A stretch of 64,000 nt of DNA from Tritrichomonas foetus (lineage: Eukaryota), in contig CM083805.1 of the NCBI GenBank assembly GCA_041260205.1, forward strand, positions 496,001-560,000. The letters run 5' to 3'. Under the pieces are notes generated by a model. The model made no database searches. It saw only the letters and a program-made list of their open reading frames with translations, and was not told the origin of the DNA. Below are positions 11,518 through 21,203 of the stretch, piece by piece. A program made the position numbers and the translations under genes. The stretch's first letter is position 1, and each line of letters opens with the position of its first letter.

Positions 11518-11911
11518 TTTAATGATGAAGAATTCCAATTATGATCTTGTCAAATCTGGCATATATAAAAATATAGAAATATTTGAAAGAAATTATAACA
11601 TTTTGTTAATTAACTTCATTAATATGATTATACCAATAAATTCACGTTTTGTATATCAAGAATTAATTTCTTTAAATAAATACTGAATCATAAATACTAT
11701 TATAAAATGTAATCTTTTTTTTTTTTTTGCCTCAAGATAAATGGATGTTAATTGTAATTAGGACCACTGGTTTGAATTATCTCTCATTCTTTTTTTTTTT
11801 TTTATTTTTTATCTGAGAATCTTTTGAGAATAAAAATCTGTACGTTTAGTAAAAATATCTACCAACTTTTTGAAAATTCCATGCGTTTAAAAATAAAACT
11901 CCAAAATCGAA

Positions 11912-14341
11912 ATGTCAGCAAGGATACAATCAGCTCCAGTTAAAACCAGAGATGTTGGAACGAGGATTAATGTTGTTGTTCGTGTCCGTCCTCCAAATCA
12001 ACGAGAAATCTCTTCACAGCAAGGAAACGTTATTCATGTCCTCGATGATCGTGTTTTAATTTTCGACCCACCTGGAGAACGTGTCAGGAATGGAAAGTTT
12101 ATGCAATCTTCACAAGCCAGAGCAAAAAATCTTCATTTTGGATTCGACAAAGTTTTATCTCCAGAATGTACACAAGATGACGTTTTCGAAGAAGTTAAAA
12201 ACACAGTTTTTTCAGAACGTGGAGGTCTCTTAGACGGTTTCAACTGCACTGTTTTTGCATATGGTGCAACCGGATCAGGGAAAACATTTTCAATGGCAGG
12301 AACACCTGAAAATCCAGGTTTAATGTCACGCGCAGTTCAATATATATATTCAGCACTCGACCAAATGGGAAGAAAGGCAAAACTGAGGCTATCATATCTC
12401 GAAATTTATAATGAGCAGATTCGCGATCTTTTAAATCCAGATGATTCTTCAAAAGAGCTAAAAATTGTAGAAGATGCTGAAAAAGGCATCGTCGTGACAG
12501 GACTCAGCCATTGTTATCCGACTAATACTGATGAAGTGCTTCAATTAATTTCAATTGGAAATAATCGGAGAACACAAGCACAAACTGAATCCAATCCTGT
12601 TTCTTCACGTTCACACGCAGTCTGTCAGATTGAAGTGGAAAATTGTGAAGACATGCCAGACATTCAGTCAAATCATCCAATCGGAAAATTAAGCTTGATT
12701 GATTTAGCTGGAAGTGAACGTGCAACTTCAAATACTGGCATTAGATTAAAGGAAAGTGCAAAAATTAATTGTTCTTTATTGGCACTTTCGAATTGTATCA
12801 ATGCTTTATGCACACAAAATTCTTTCATTCCATTCAGACAATCAAAATTAACAAGATTATTGAAAGATTCACTCGGTGGAAATTGTAAAACAGTTTGTCT
12901 CAGTTGCGTTTCACCATCCTACATGACATATGATGATACTTACAGTACTCTACAGTATGCAAATAAGACTAAAAACATTAGAACTAATGTTACAAGAAAC
13001 ACACTTAATGTTAAAGCACAAGTTTCGCAATATCCTAAAATTATTGCTGAATTACGTGCACAAATTCAACAACTACAAAGTCAAGGTGGAAACAATTCAC
13101 AAGCTGATGCCTTTGCTAAAGCTCTTGAAGAGCCATTCAATAAAGAAAAGAGGGAAATCTCTCAATTAATTAACAGAGAAGTTAGCAATATGCCAGGAAA
13201 TGATGTCAAACAACAAATTTTAGCATTACAAAGAATGACAAATTCAGATATCAGAAGAAAATTGTCACTTAAAATTGCCGCTTTTACAACAGAATGTTTG
13301 AGAAGGAAACCAACAACTTCATCTAAAGCAATTGATCTTGAACAAAGACTTAAAACTTTGGAGCTTGAAAATTTGGCATTAGTTGGTCAATTAGAATTGG
13401 CTGATAAACAAATTACTCTTCAACAAAATGTTATTCGTTGTTTATCTCAAAAACAACAAACTAAATCATCAGCTTCATCTAATTCAACTATAGCAGCATC
13501 AACTATTTCATCTGTTTCACAACAAGAAACAACAGTCTTTTCTTCAATCATGACAGCAAAGCCAGATCCAGTTCAATTACCTTGTGAAAGTAAACAAGAA
13601 GATGTTGAACCATTAATTCAAATTCCACCTTTACATATTCAACCATCTACATACTCACATAAATACGATATTGAAATTGTTGATTTAACTGAACCTAAGC
13701 GCGAAAACGTAATTGAATCTAAAATGGAAATCAGATCAGAAAATATTGATCCTAATAAAGATGATGCTCTGATCTCAATTTTAGATGATACTGATTTTGA
13801 TTCAATTAAACATTGCAACATTCAAGCTCAACAACAACAGAATCCAAAACCACAGATAAGCTTTGCTCCTCAACATCAACAGCAGCAACAACAACCAGTT
13901 TCTGCTCGAAGAGTTCTTGAAAACAGAGTTTCAATAACAGACATGAGTCGTATTCGTAATTCTCAACAAAATAACAATAGCAGCCTAAGTAATAACCTGA
14001 ATAACAATAACATGAACAATTTGAGCAGTAATATTAATAGTCAAGATTATGCCAATCATAATAGTGACCAACCAGTCAGTAGAATTTCACGTCAAGAAGA
14101 TTTGAGTAGGATCCTTAGACAGAAATTCGCTGAAGCAGAACAAATTGATGCACGAAGACCACTTGCAGAAAGATCAGGAAACGGTTTGTCATCTGGATTT
14201 TCAAAGGGTGGAGCTCCACCTTACCGCTCATTGATGGATCAATTATCTCAACGTGTTGCAGCCAATAATATGAATCTATCAGAAGAAACAACATCAATCC
14301 TCCTTCGTTCTCGTATGCTAACTCAAAATGGCAAGAGATAA
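11912..14341 (+). CDS. Kinesin motor protein, kinesin-8 (Kip3/KIF18/KIF19)-like
   Basis: VVVRVRP, P-loop AYGATGSGKT, SSRSH, LIDLAGSERA, LKDSLGGNCKT, TLQYAN; N-terminal motor, coiled coil and low-complexity tail. Confidence 0.93.
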   Translation: MSARIQSAPVKTRDVGTRINVVVRVRPPNQREISSQQGNVIHVLDDRVLIFDPPGERVRNGKFMQSSQARAKNLHFGFDKVLSPECTQDDVFEEVKNTVFSERGGLLDGFNCTVFAYGATGSGKTFSMAGTPENPGLMSRAVQYIYSALDQMGRKAKLRLSYLEIYNEQIRDLLNPDDSSKELKIVEDAEKGIVVTGLSHCYPTNTDEVLQLISIGNNRRTQAQTESNPVSSRSHAVCQIEVENCEDMPDIQSNHPIGKLSLIDLAGSERATSNTGIRLKESAKINCSLLALSNCINALCTQNSFIPFRQSKLTRLLKDSLGGNCKTVCLSCVSPSYMTYDDTYSTLQYANKTKNIRTNVTRNTLNVKAQVSQYPKIIAELRAQIQQLQSQGGNNSQADAFAKALEEPFNKEKREISQLINREVSNMPGNDVKQQILALQRMTNSDIRRKLSLKIAAFTTECLRRKPTTSSKAIDLEQRLKTLELENLALVGQLELADKQITLQQNVIRCLSQKQQTKSSASSNSTIAASTISSVSQQETTVFSSIMTAKPDPVQLPCESKQEDVEPLIQIPPLHIQPSTYSHKYDIEIVDLTEPKRENVIESKMEIRSENIDPNKDDALISILDDTDFDSIKHCNIQAQQQQNPKPQISFAPQHQQQQQQPVSARRVLENRVSITDMSRIRNSQQNNNSSLSNNLNNNNMNNLSSNINSQDYANHNSDQPVSRISRQEDLSRILRQKFAEAEQIDARRPLAERSGNGLSSGFSKGGAPPYRSLMDQLSQRVAANNMNLSEETTSILLRSRMLTQNGKR

Positions 14342-14559
14342 ATTTGATATTATCTTATTGTAAATTCGTAATCATTATAAACTTTTATTTATTGGATTAT
14401 TTGAAAATATTATAGTTTTTATATACCTCCAATTTTCAACCATACCTGAAAGATTCGACTAAATTTTGTCAATTAAGTAGTAATTTGAATTGTTTGCTTT
14501 TGGAAAATATCTTTTTCTTCTTTCCATCATGAAAAATGAATATCTCTGTCAGAAAATAT

Positions 14560-14601
14560 GAGATTATTCATGTAAAATTGTTCATGTCAAATTATTCATG
14601 T
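14560..14601. repeat. 14-bp imperfect tandem repeat x3 (nnnattRttcatgt) upstream of the ankyrin-RhoGEF gene
   Basis: gagattattcatgt / aaaattgttcatgt / caaattattcatgt. Confidence 0.7.
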
Positions 14602-14726
14602 GAGATGATGCTAAACCGAAAATATTTGTTCTATTAGGGTCAAATAACTACATTTCTATGACCTTAACCAGATATCAGCTTAAAAAGTTTCTATCGTACA
14701 TTCAGAAAATAAAATAAAATTAAAAA

Positions 14727-17700
14727 ATGCGTTCAAACTTTACAGAAGCAAATCATGCAACGATTTTAGAAATGTGTTTGAATGCCGACTCACAGCATTC
14801 CCAGCAACTCCACCAGCAGCTTGAAAGTGTCTATTTGAGAACATTTGGATTGGATTATTTAATCGATGATCAGAAACGCACGATTTTGCATGTTCTTGCC
14901 GCAAAAAGTGACTTCATTCACTGGGAAATAGTTTTAAAGGGATTTGTTTATTTGGACGGCACAGATTCTCATCTTCAAACAGCACTTCACATTTCAGTTT
15001 TAAATCGAAACTTAAATGCTATTAAATCACTCATTGAAAACTGCGCATCTCCAACAGTTGAAGATGAGCATGGAAATAACCCTATTCAATTATGCTGTCA
15101 AATTAACTATCCACAAGGCTTAACCGAAATTTTAAAGAGCTTTCATGCGAAACAGTTTATTGCAGCAAATTCAATCAGAATTGGCCAGATATGTATCGAA
15201 AATAAATCTAAGGAAACTTTTTCAGTATTGATTTCAAATTTATCAAGTTTATCAAATTACTCATCAAATTATTCATCAAATTCTAACACATCAAGTTTAT
15301 TGAATTTTTCTTTTACTTCTAATTCAAACTCCCAAAATAGTAAAATCAATGCAGTTGATGATGAAGGATTTGCTTTAATTCACCATGTGATATTTGCAGA
15401 TTTACCGGATTATCTTAGAATACTAGTTCAACATAAAGCCGATGTAAATTTGAAAGCAAAAATCGATAAAGTTGAAAAATATCCAATCGAAATGTCAAAT
15501 TCATCAGAGATAACTGAAATATTATTTTCAATGAATGCTCAATACAATAAAAAAGCAGTACCGCCAATGATAAACGATTTAATTGTAAAATCTCAACAAT
15601 GGCAACAAACTGGTCGTTCATTTGGACTTTCTGACCTTCATAGAGCTGTTAAAGAGTCAAATTTGAATTTTGTTAAGCAATTTAAAGGAAAAATTGATGT
15701 TGTTGACTCATTTGGAAAGACACCTTTAATTCTTGCAATAAAAAATAAATCACCTGAATCCTTAGCAATAATTGATGAACTTTTGAATAAAGGGGCTGAT
15801 CCAACTTTGAAATCTGAATTAATGTCAATGACTGCTTATCATTATGCATGTTTACGAAATAATGAAGAGGCACTCAAAAAATTCATTTTAAAGAAACAGC
15901 CGAATTTTTCTGTTTTAGATAAAAATGGTCGTTCATTAATGACCTGTTGTGTAGCAAATGGTTCTGTAAATTGTCTGAAAACACTTTTATCAGAATTTAA
16001 ACCATCACTTGATACAAGTGTGAATCATATTATTGCTTACTTATTGAGATTGGATGATTCAAAAGCTGCAGCAATTGCAGAAATTCTTCTCAATTTTGAT
16101 TTTCCTTTAAATATTCCAACAGAAAATGATAAAACAATTCTTCGTGAAGCTTTCGATCAAAAAATGTATCAACTTTGTGATGTTATATTAAAATTTAAGA
16201 CCAATTCTAGTTCATCAAAAAATAATTTATCACGAAATTTAACCCAAACACAAGCACAAATCTTAGATAAAAAAGGACTCCTATCCAATAGTGTGGGCGA
16301 AATTCATATAGCACCAGGTGATCTTAGCTATTTACAAAGTACAATGAACGTTCAAAAAAATAATAATTTTGATGAATCTGATGAAATTTGTTTTGTCAGT
16401 GCTGTTGTTGATGAACTTCCAATTGTTGAATCATTTTTACTTGCAGGAGCAAATCCAGAAATCAATCATGCAGGCCGACCTTTAATTCATGATACTGCAA
16501 GTCATAAAACTAATGAAACTAGGAAATTATTAATTAAATATAATGAAACCATCAAAGATGCGCGCGATTCAATGCAAAGCACTTTTCTTCATCGTGCTTG
16601 CGCCTTAAATAATACTTGCGCTATTCAAGATGGTTTATCACTGTTTGAAATTTCCCCAAATACGTCAAATAACAACGGAGATACGCCACTGCACTATCTC
16701 ATGCATAAAATATCCAATAATCCAAACAAACATAGTGATTTACACCATTTCGGAAATGATAAAGATTTCGAAACAAATTTGCAAATTTTGATGGATGCAA
16801 AAGCTGATTTGAAAGCTTTAAATAACAAAAAACAAAATATTTTCCATATTTGTGCTGAGCATAATAATTCTCATGCTGTTGAAGTGTTAATTAACACAAT
16901 TCCCGAAGAAATAACTGAAGAATTAATAAATCAGATGGATTCAGATCAAAAAACACCTTTACAAATTGCTTCAAAGAAAAATGAAACAAGTTGTGCCAAG
17001 GAAATTTCTAAATTAGTACAATTACCCATTTTTGATCATTCTAATAAACTTACAATGGAGGATATTGAAAGTTTAATCAATGAAAATTATTCATTAAACA
17101 TTTATGGAAAAGAAGGAATCCCTCTTTTAACACTTGCTGTGAAAATGTTTCCAGATAATCCATCAATTTCTCAAAAAATTGTTGAAAAAATGCTTGAGAG
17201 TGGTGCAGATCCATCAATTCAAGATTTGAATCCAACAGAAGGCTACAATGAACCCCTTCGACCACTTCATCATGCAATTATTGTTGGTAGTATTGAAATA
17301 TCAAAGATATTAATTTCGAGTGGAGCTTCTTTTTGTGTTTCTCCTGGAACAATGCAACTTGCCGAAGATTTCAAGATGGATGAAATTGCAGCACTTGTAA
17401 AACTTCCCGAAAGAAGAGCAGGTTCTATTGAAGAACTTTATAATAATCAAAAGAATTCAAAAGAAATAATTATGGCAGTTTTAAATCAAGTCAAAAATAA
17501 TGACGAAATTTTGAAATATCCAAAAATTGAACTCTACATTTCTGAAATGTTTTTCATGCATCGCTTATTATTTGCATTCGTTGAAAGACTTGGTATCATC
17601 TTTTTCAACTTAAAACCTAATTCTGAGATCGGAAACTTTTTGAATTATTTTTCAGATGCCTTTCTTCCAATTCTTGGAATGGGACAAGATTATGGAGAAG

Positions 17701-18758
17701 CTATGGAAATATTAAAAGAACATTTTGAAGAAAGTTTCCTGAAATTACCCATTGGTATTGGTGTCCAGACTGTTGATGACGCAATTATTGTTCCAACTCA
17801 ACTATTTACAAGGTATACTGATTTAATTAAAGCAGTGATTAAAGTCACTTTACAAGATCATCCAGATTTTGTACCTTTACAAAAAGCACTTAATAAATTT
17901 TCATATATTGGACGTCAAAGCAATGAAAGAAAACTTATTGTTGAGTCCCAAAAAGAACTTCAAGTTTTGAAACTGGTAACAACAATAAATGATACACCGA
18001 CACAATTTTCCCTCAATGATATTTTATATTCGCATGGTCAATTTGAGAAAAAAGTTTATAAAAAGCCTGGTGGACCATTTGAAAATGAAGAAAAAAATGA
18101 TCCAATTGCTGAAAGCTCTGAATGGGGGTTAAAAATCATTCAAAGACGAATTGGAAATCTTGATGTTACTTGTTACAATGTTTTTGGAAGTTCACTGGAG
18201 AGTTTTCTGAGCAAAGCTAAAATTGCGATTTTCTTATTTAGAAATTCAATTTTATTTGGTGTTCAAAAAACATCAGATAAATTTAAATTAAAGTTTTCTT
18301 GTAAATCGTCAGAAGTTCTTTGGGATTTTGGAAGAGAACATGGACAAGAAAATATAATGATTTATACACCTTTTGGTAGTATGCTTTTAAAAATTGTAAT
18401 AACAAAAGATAAAAATGTAATGTTTGAGCGAAATCGCTGGAGGAGTGATGTTGATAAACTTTCCGTGATTCCTGAAGGTGATGAAGAAAGTATTGGTGGA
18501 TATGAACATGTTTATGCATCTTGGGTTGGTGAGGAAACAAAATGCGTGCATTCTCACTTGTTCCATGTAACATGTAAAACTAAAACTGAAGCAAAAGAAA
18601 AAATTTTGCAAAAACTAAATGATTTGAAAGTTGCTGTAAAAACAAAAAGTAACCCACAAGATGTTACAAAACCATTACCAATGATTAATTTCGATTTTCA
18701 AACATTGAAAAGAAATGAAGGCCAGGAAACTGATGTTATATCAGATATTTTAGATTAA
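14727..18758 (+). CDS. Ankyrin-repeat protein with C-terminal DH (RhoGEF)-like and probable PH domain
   Basis: Many TPLH/TALH ankyrin repeats; IIVPTQLFTRYTDLIKAVIKVTLQDHPDFVPLQKAL resembles the DH consensus PVQRxxRYxLLLKELLKxTPxxHPD. Confidence 0.85.
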   Translation: MRSNFTEANHATILEMCLNADSQHSQQLHQQLESVYLRTFGLDYLIDDQKRTILHVLAAKSDFIHWEIVLKGFVYLDGTDSHLQTALHISVLNRNLNAIKSLIENCASPTVEDEHGNNPIQLCCQINYPQGLTEILKSFHAKQFIAANSIRIGQICIENKSKETFSVLISNLSSLSNYSSNYSSNSNTSSLLNFSFTSNSNSQNSKINAVDDEGFALIHHVIFADLPDYLRILVQHKADVNLKAKIDKVEKYPIEMSNSSEITEILFSMNAQYNKKAVPPMINDLIVKSQQWQQTGRSFGLSDLHRAVKESNLNFVKQFKGKIDVVDSFGKTPLILAIKNKSPESLAIIDELLNKGADPTLKSELMSMTAYHYACLRNNEEALKKFILKKQPNFSVLDKNGRSLMTCCVANGSVNCLKTLLSEFKPSLDTSVNHIIAYLLRLDDSKAAAIAEILLNFDFPLNIPTENDKTILREAFDQKMYQLCDVILKFKTNSSSSKNNLSRNLTQTQAQILDKKGLLSNSVGEIHIAPGDLSYLQSTMNVQKNNNFDESDEICFVSAVVDELPIVESFLLAGANPEINHAGRPLIHDTASHKTNETRKLLIKYNETIKDARDSMQSTFLHRACALNNTCAIQDGLSLFEISPNTSNNNGDTPLHYLMHKISNNPNKHSDLHHFGNDKDFETNLQILMDAKADLKALNNKKQNIFHICAEHNNSHAVEVLINTIPEEITEELINQMDSDQKTPLQIASKKNETSCAKEISKLVQLPIFDHSNKLTMEDIESLINENYSLNIYGKEGIPLLTLAVKMFPDNPSISQKIVEKMLESGADPSIQDLNPTEGYNEPLRPLHHAIIVGSIEISKILISSGASFCVSPGTMQLAEDFKMDEIAALVKLPERRAGSIEELYNNQKNSKEIIMAVLNQVKNNDEILKYPKIELYISEMFFMHRLLFAFVERLGIIFFNLKPNSEIGNFLNYFSDAFLPILGMGQDYGEAMEILKEHFEESFLKLPIGIGVQTVDDAIIVPTQLFTRYTDLIKAVIKVTLQDHPDFVPLQKALNKFSYIGRQSNERKLIVESQKELQVLKLVTTINDTPTQFSLNDILYSHGQFEKKVYKKPGGPFENEEKNDPIAESSEWGLKIIQRRIGNLDVTCYNVFGSSLESFLSKAKIAIFLFRNSILFGVQKTSDKFKLKFSCKSSEVLWDFGREHGQENIMIYTPFGSMLLKIVITKDKNVMFERNRWRSDVDKLSVIPEGDEESIGGYEHVYASWVGEETKCVHSHLFHVTCKTKTEAKEKILQKLNDLKVAVKTKSNPQDVTKPLPMINFDFQTLKRNEGQETDVISDILD

Positions 18759-18960
18759 TAGACACCGATATTTATTTCTATGTATCTGCATTTCGCCCAA
18801 AAGTTAAGCCAAAAATTCAGAATTTACATTCCGAATTGACCAAACTTGATAGTAATTTTTTTTTCAAGTTTAGTCATAATGCAGAAAGTATATTTATTTT
18901 ATTTTTCATTGTTATTATTTTTTTTTATGAATAAAGAAAAAATATATTTTCATCTTTTGA

Positions 18961-19070
18961 ATTTTTTCGAAGCATTTTTCTACCAATTACTTTAACGATT
19001 TATTCAATCAAAATAATGGCTATTATTACAAAATATCGTTAAAGTAATTTTTATAAAAATTGGAAAAAAT
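18961..19070. repeat. Intergenic inverted repeat / hairpin with perfect 15-bp arms
   Basis: aattactttaacgat (18985-18999) pairs with atcgttaaagtaatt (19035-19049); imperfect outward extension. Confidence 0.8.
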
Positions 19071-20016
19071 GATAATTTCCAAATTTGAATTGAATATTAT
19101 TATATTAAGGCTTGTTTCAAAAAAGTAACCATTTTTCTTTTATATGCAATTTTTTACATCACTTGTCAAGATAGGAAGACCTAAAGGGATAAATATTCAG
19201 CAAGAGAAGATTAAGAACAACAGCGCAACATCTGGAAGAAAGAACAAGTTTATTGGCAAATTACTGTAGATAATAATAAAATTTCACATTTCATTCGATA
19301 GTTGATGATTTTCTCTTATGAATAGATATGTATTATCAGATTCCAATCTTTTTTCCTCTTGCTAGAAGTCCTCTATGACAATAATTTAATCATAAATGTG
19401 ATTCTGAGTTGAGTTTTTCAACAATTTTGATTTTAGAAATGAACAAAATTGTGAATCAAATGTGCAACAAGTGAATATCACATTTATTTTGCTAAGTTGT
19501 ACTATAAATATCATTATTAAAAATAACCATAATTGACAAAAACATGGTTACATTTTCCATAGTTATTTTGATAAATATTAACCATTTTTTAAAAAAGCCA
19601 CCCTAACCCATTGAAATTAATATCAACGTAATATAAAAAGCAAATAAGAAATATTTGCATCAATATTTTCAATGATTCATTCCATAAATAATATTCGTCG
19701 ATAATATTTTTTAAAAAAAAAAATAATTCAGTGGATTGACCTTAAAAATGATTGATATCACTATGGACAGCCACCACTTCACAAAATTGCCCCAATTTAT
19801 GAGAAACCATTAACGGAAAGCGGTTATTTTACACCCATTAATTTGTAATATTTTAATTGTTTTTCAATTTTTTTATCTTCTGCAAAAGTTGGCAAATCAT
19901 TCAAAAACCCCAGCTCCATTCAAATGAATTCAATGTTGTAAAATTTTTTGAAAAAATTCAAAAACAATTAAACAATTATTAGTTTTGAATGGGTGGCATA
20001 AACTTCTACGATTTTT

Positions 20017-20074
20017 TAGGTTTGAATGCATTCAATCTGCAAATTATTATATAGGTTTGAATGCATTCAATCTG
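20017..20074. repeat. 23-bp direct repeat x2, each containing the 14-bp palindrome ttgaatgcattcaa
   Basis: taggtttgaatgcattcaatctg at 20017-20039 and 20052-20074, ending ~65 bp upstream of ATG 20140. Confidence 0.85.
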
Positions 20075-20139
20075 AAAGTTGCTATCAAAATGTTAAATGA
20101 ACTCATCTCACATTATTATTATATAGGCGACACATTAGC

Positions 20140-21021
20140 ATGCTGGAAATCCTCTTGACGATAGCTTTCCAAATGACTCAATACATACATCAACAGGACA
20201 AAGATTTGATGATGCTGGATTATTACGATGGAAAAAATGGAGACGACATTTTTCTCAACATTTCGCGAAGGTTTTCATCTATTGTGATCCAGGGTGCAAG
20301 AAACCTCAAGATAAAAGTGAATAAAGAGAGATTTTATTCTAGATATCCGAATTTTGGAATCGATTTGGGAACCGAAACTGGAATGGTCAAAATTTCACCT
20401 CAAAGGTCAAATGAAAGATTAACTATTATGATTAATGCTTTTGAAGAAAATTGTAAATATAGAATCACTTCAAACGATCCATTTTTTATGATAACAACAC
20501 CACCTAATGAAATGTATTGTGTATTTCATGCAGTTCATAATGAAGGACAAAGTTTTGTCAGAAATACAAAACCACTGAAAGCAGTGATGATTGAAGGAAC
20601 AAAATATTTAGAACCAATATCAAGTGAAGATATTCACGCAAATTTTACAAGTCCTGTTTATTACCGTTCATCTGATTCATTTGAACTTGCTACAGAATAT
20701 GTACCAATAAACATTTTCTATATATTGAATCAGACACTAACACAACAAGACGTCACAATTTCTCAACTATCTTTGTTGAAAAATGGAGAAATAATCGATA
20801 TTGTTGGAAATATTCAATATGGTGTGCATATTATGTTCTTTTCAAGCTTTTTAATGGCTTCAACAATATTAAAAATAGGAATCTTAACATTTTCTGTATG
20901 CACTTCAACAAGCAAGAGTGATGAAGTAAATTTACTCGAAAAAAATGGAAATGAAGGAATAGAAAACGAATCTACCGAAAAGGATGATAAAAATATGAAC
21001 AAAGAAGAAGAAAAACTTTAA
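20140..21021 (+). CDS. Predicted single-pass membrane protein
   Basis: Signal-like MLEILLTIAF, hydrophobic segment near the C-terminus, charged tail. Confidence 0.75.
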   Translation: MLEILLTIAFQMTQYIHQQDKDLMMLDYYDGKNGDDIFLNISRRFSSIVIQGARNLKIKVNKERFYSRYPNFGIDLGTETGMVKISPQRSNERLTIMINAFEENCKYRITSNDPFFMITTPPNEMYCVFHAVHNEGQSFVRNTKPLKAVMIEGTKYLEPISSEDIHANFTSPVYYRSSDSFELATEYVPINIFYILNQTLTQQDVTISQLSLLKNGEIIDIVGNIQYGVHIMFFSSFLMASTILKIGILTFSVCTSTSKSDEVNLLEKNGNEGIENESTEKDDKNMNKEEEKL

Positions 21022-21203
21022 GATGACAATTTTGACTTTGTAGTTCTTATATAGAATTTATATGAAAAAGAAAATAAATAGATCATTACCATTTTTGCTT
21101 TTTTATTTCATTAATATTAAAAAGGGAATAGAAAGGAAAAAGAGAATATAAAAAACATTTTATTAATATGAAAATAAATTGATAAATCTTGAAATAAACA
21201 TAA

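Noticed and set aside
19200..19220. agagaagatta resembles part of the U6 snRNA core
   Set aside because: Lacks the full ACAGAGA box and the following AGC triad and stem-loop.
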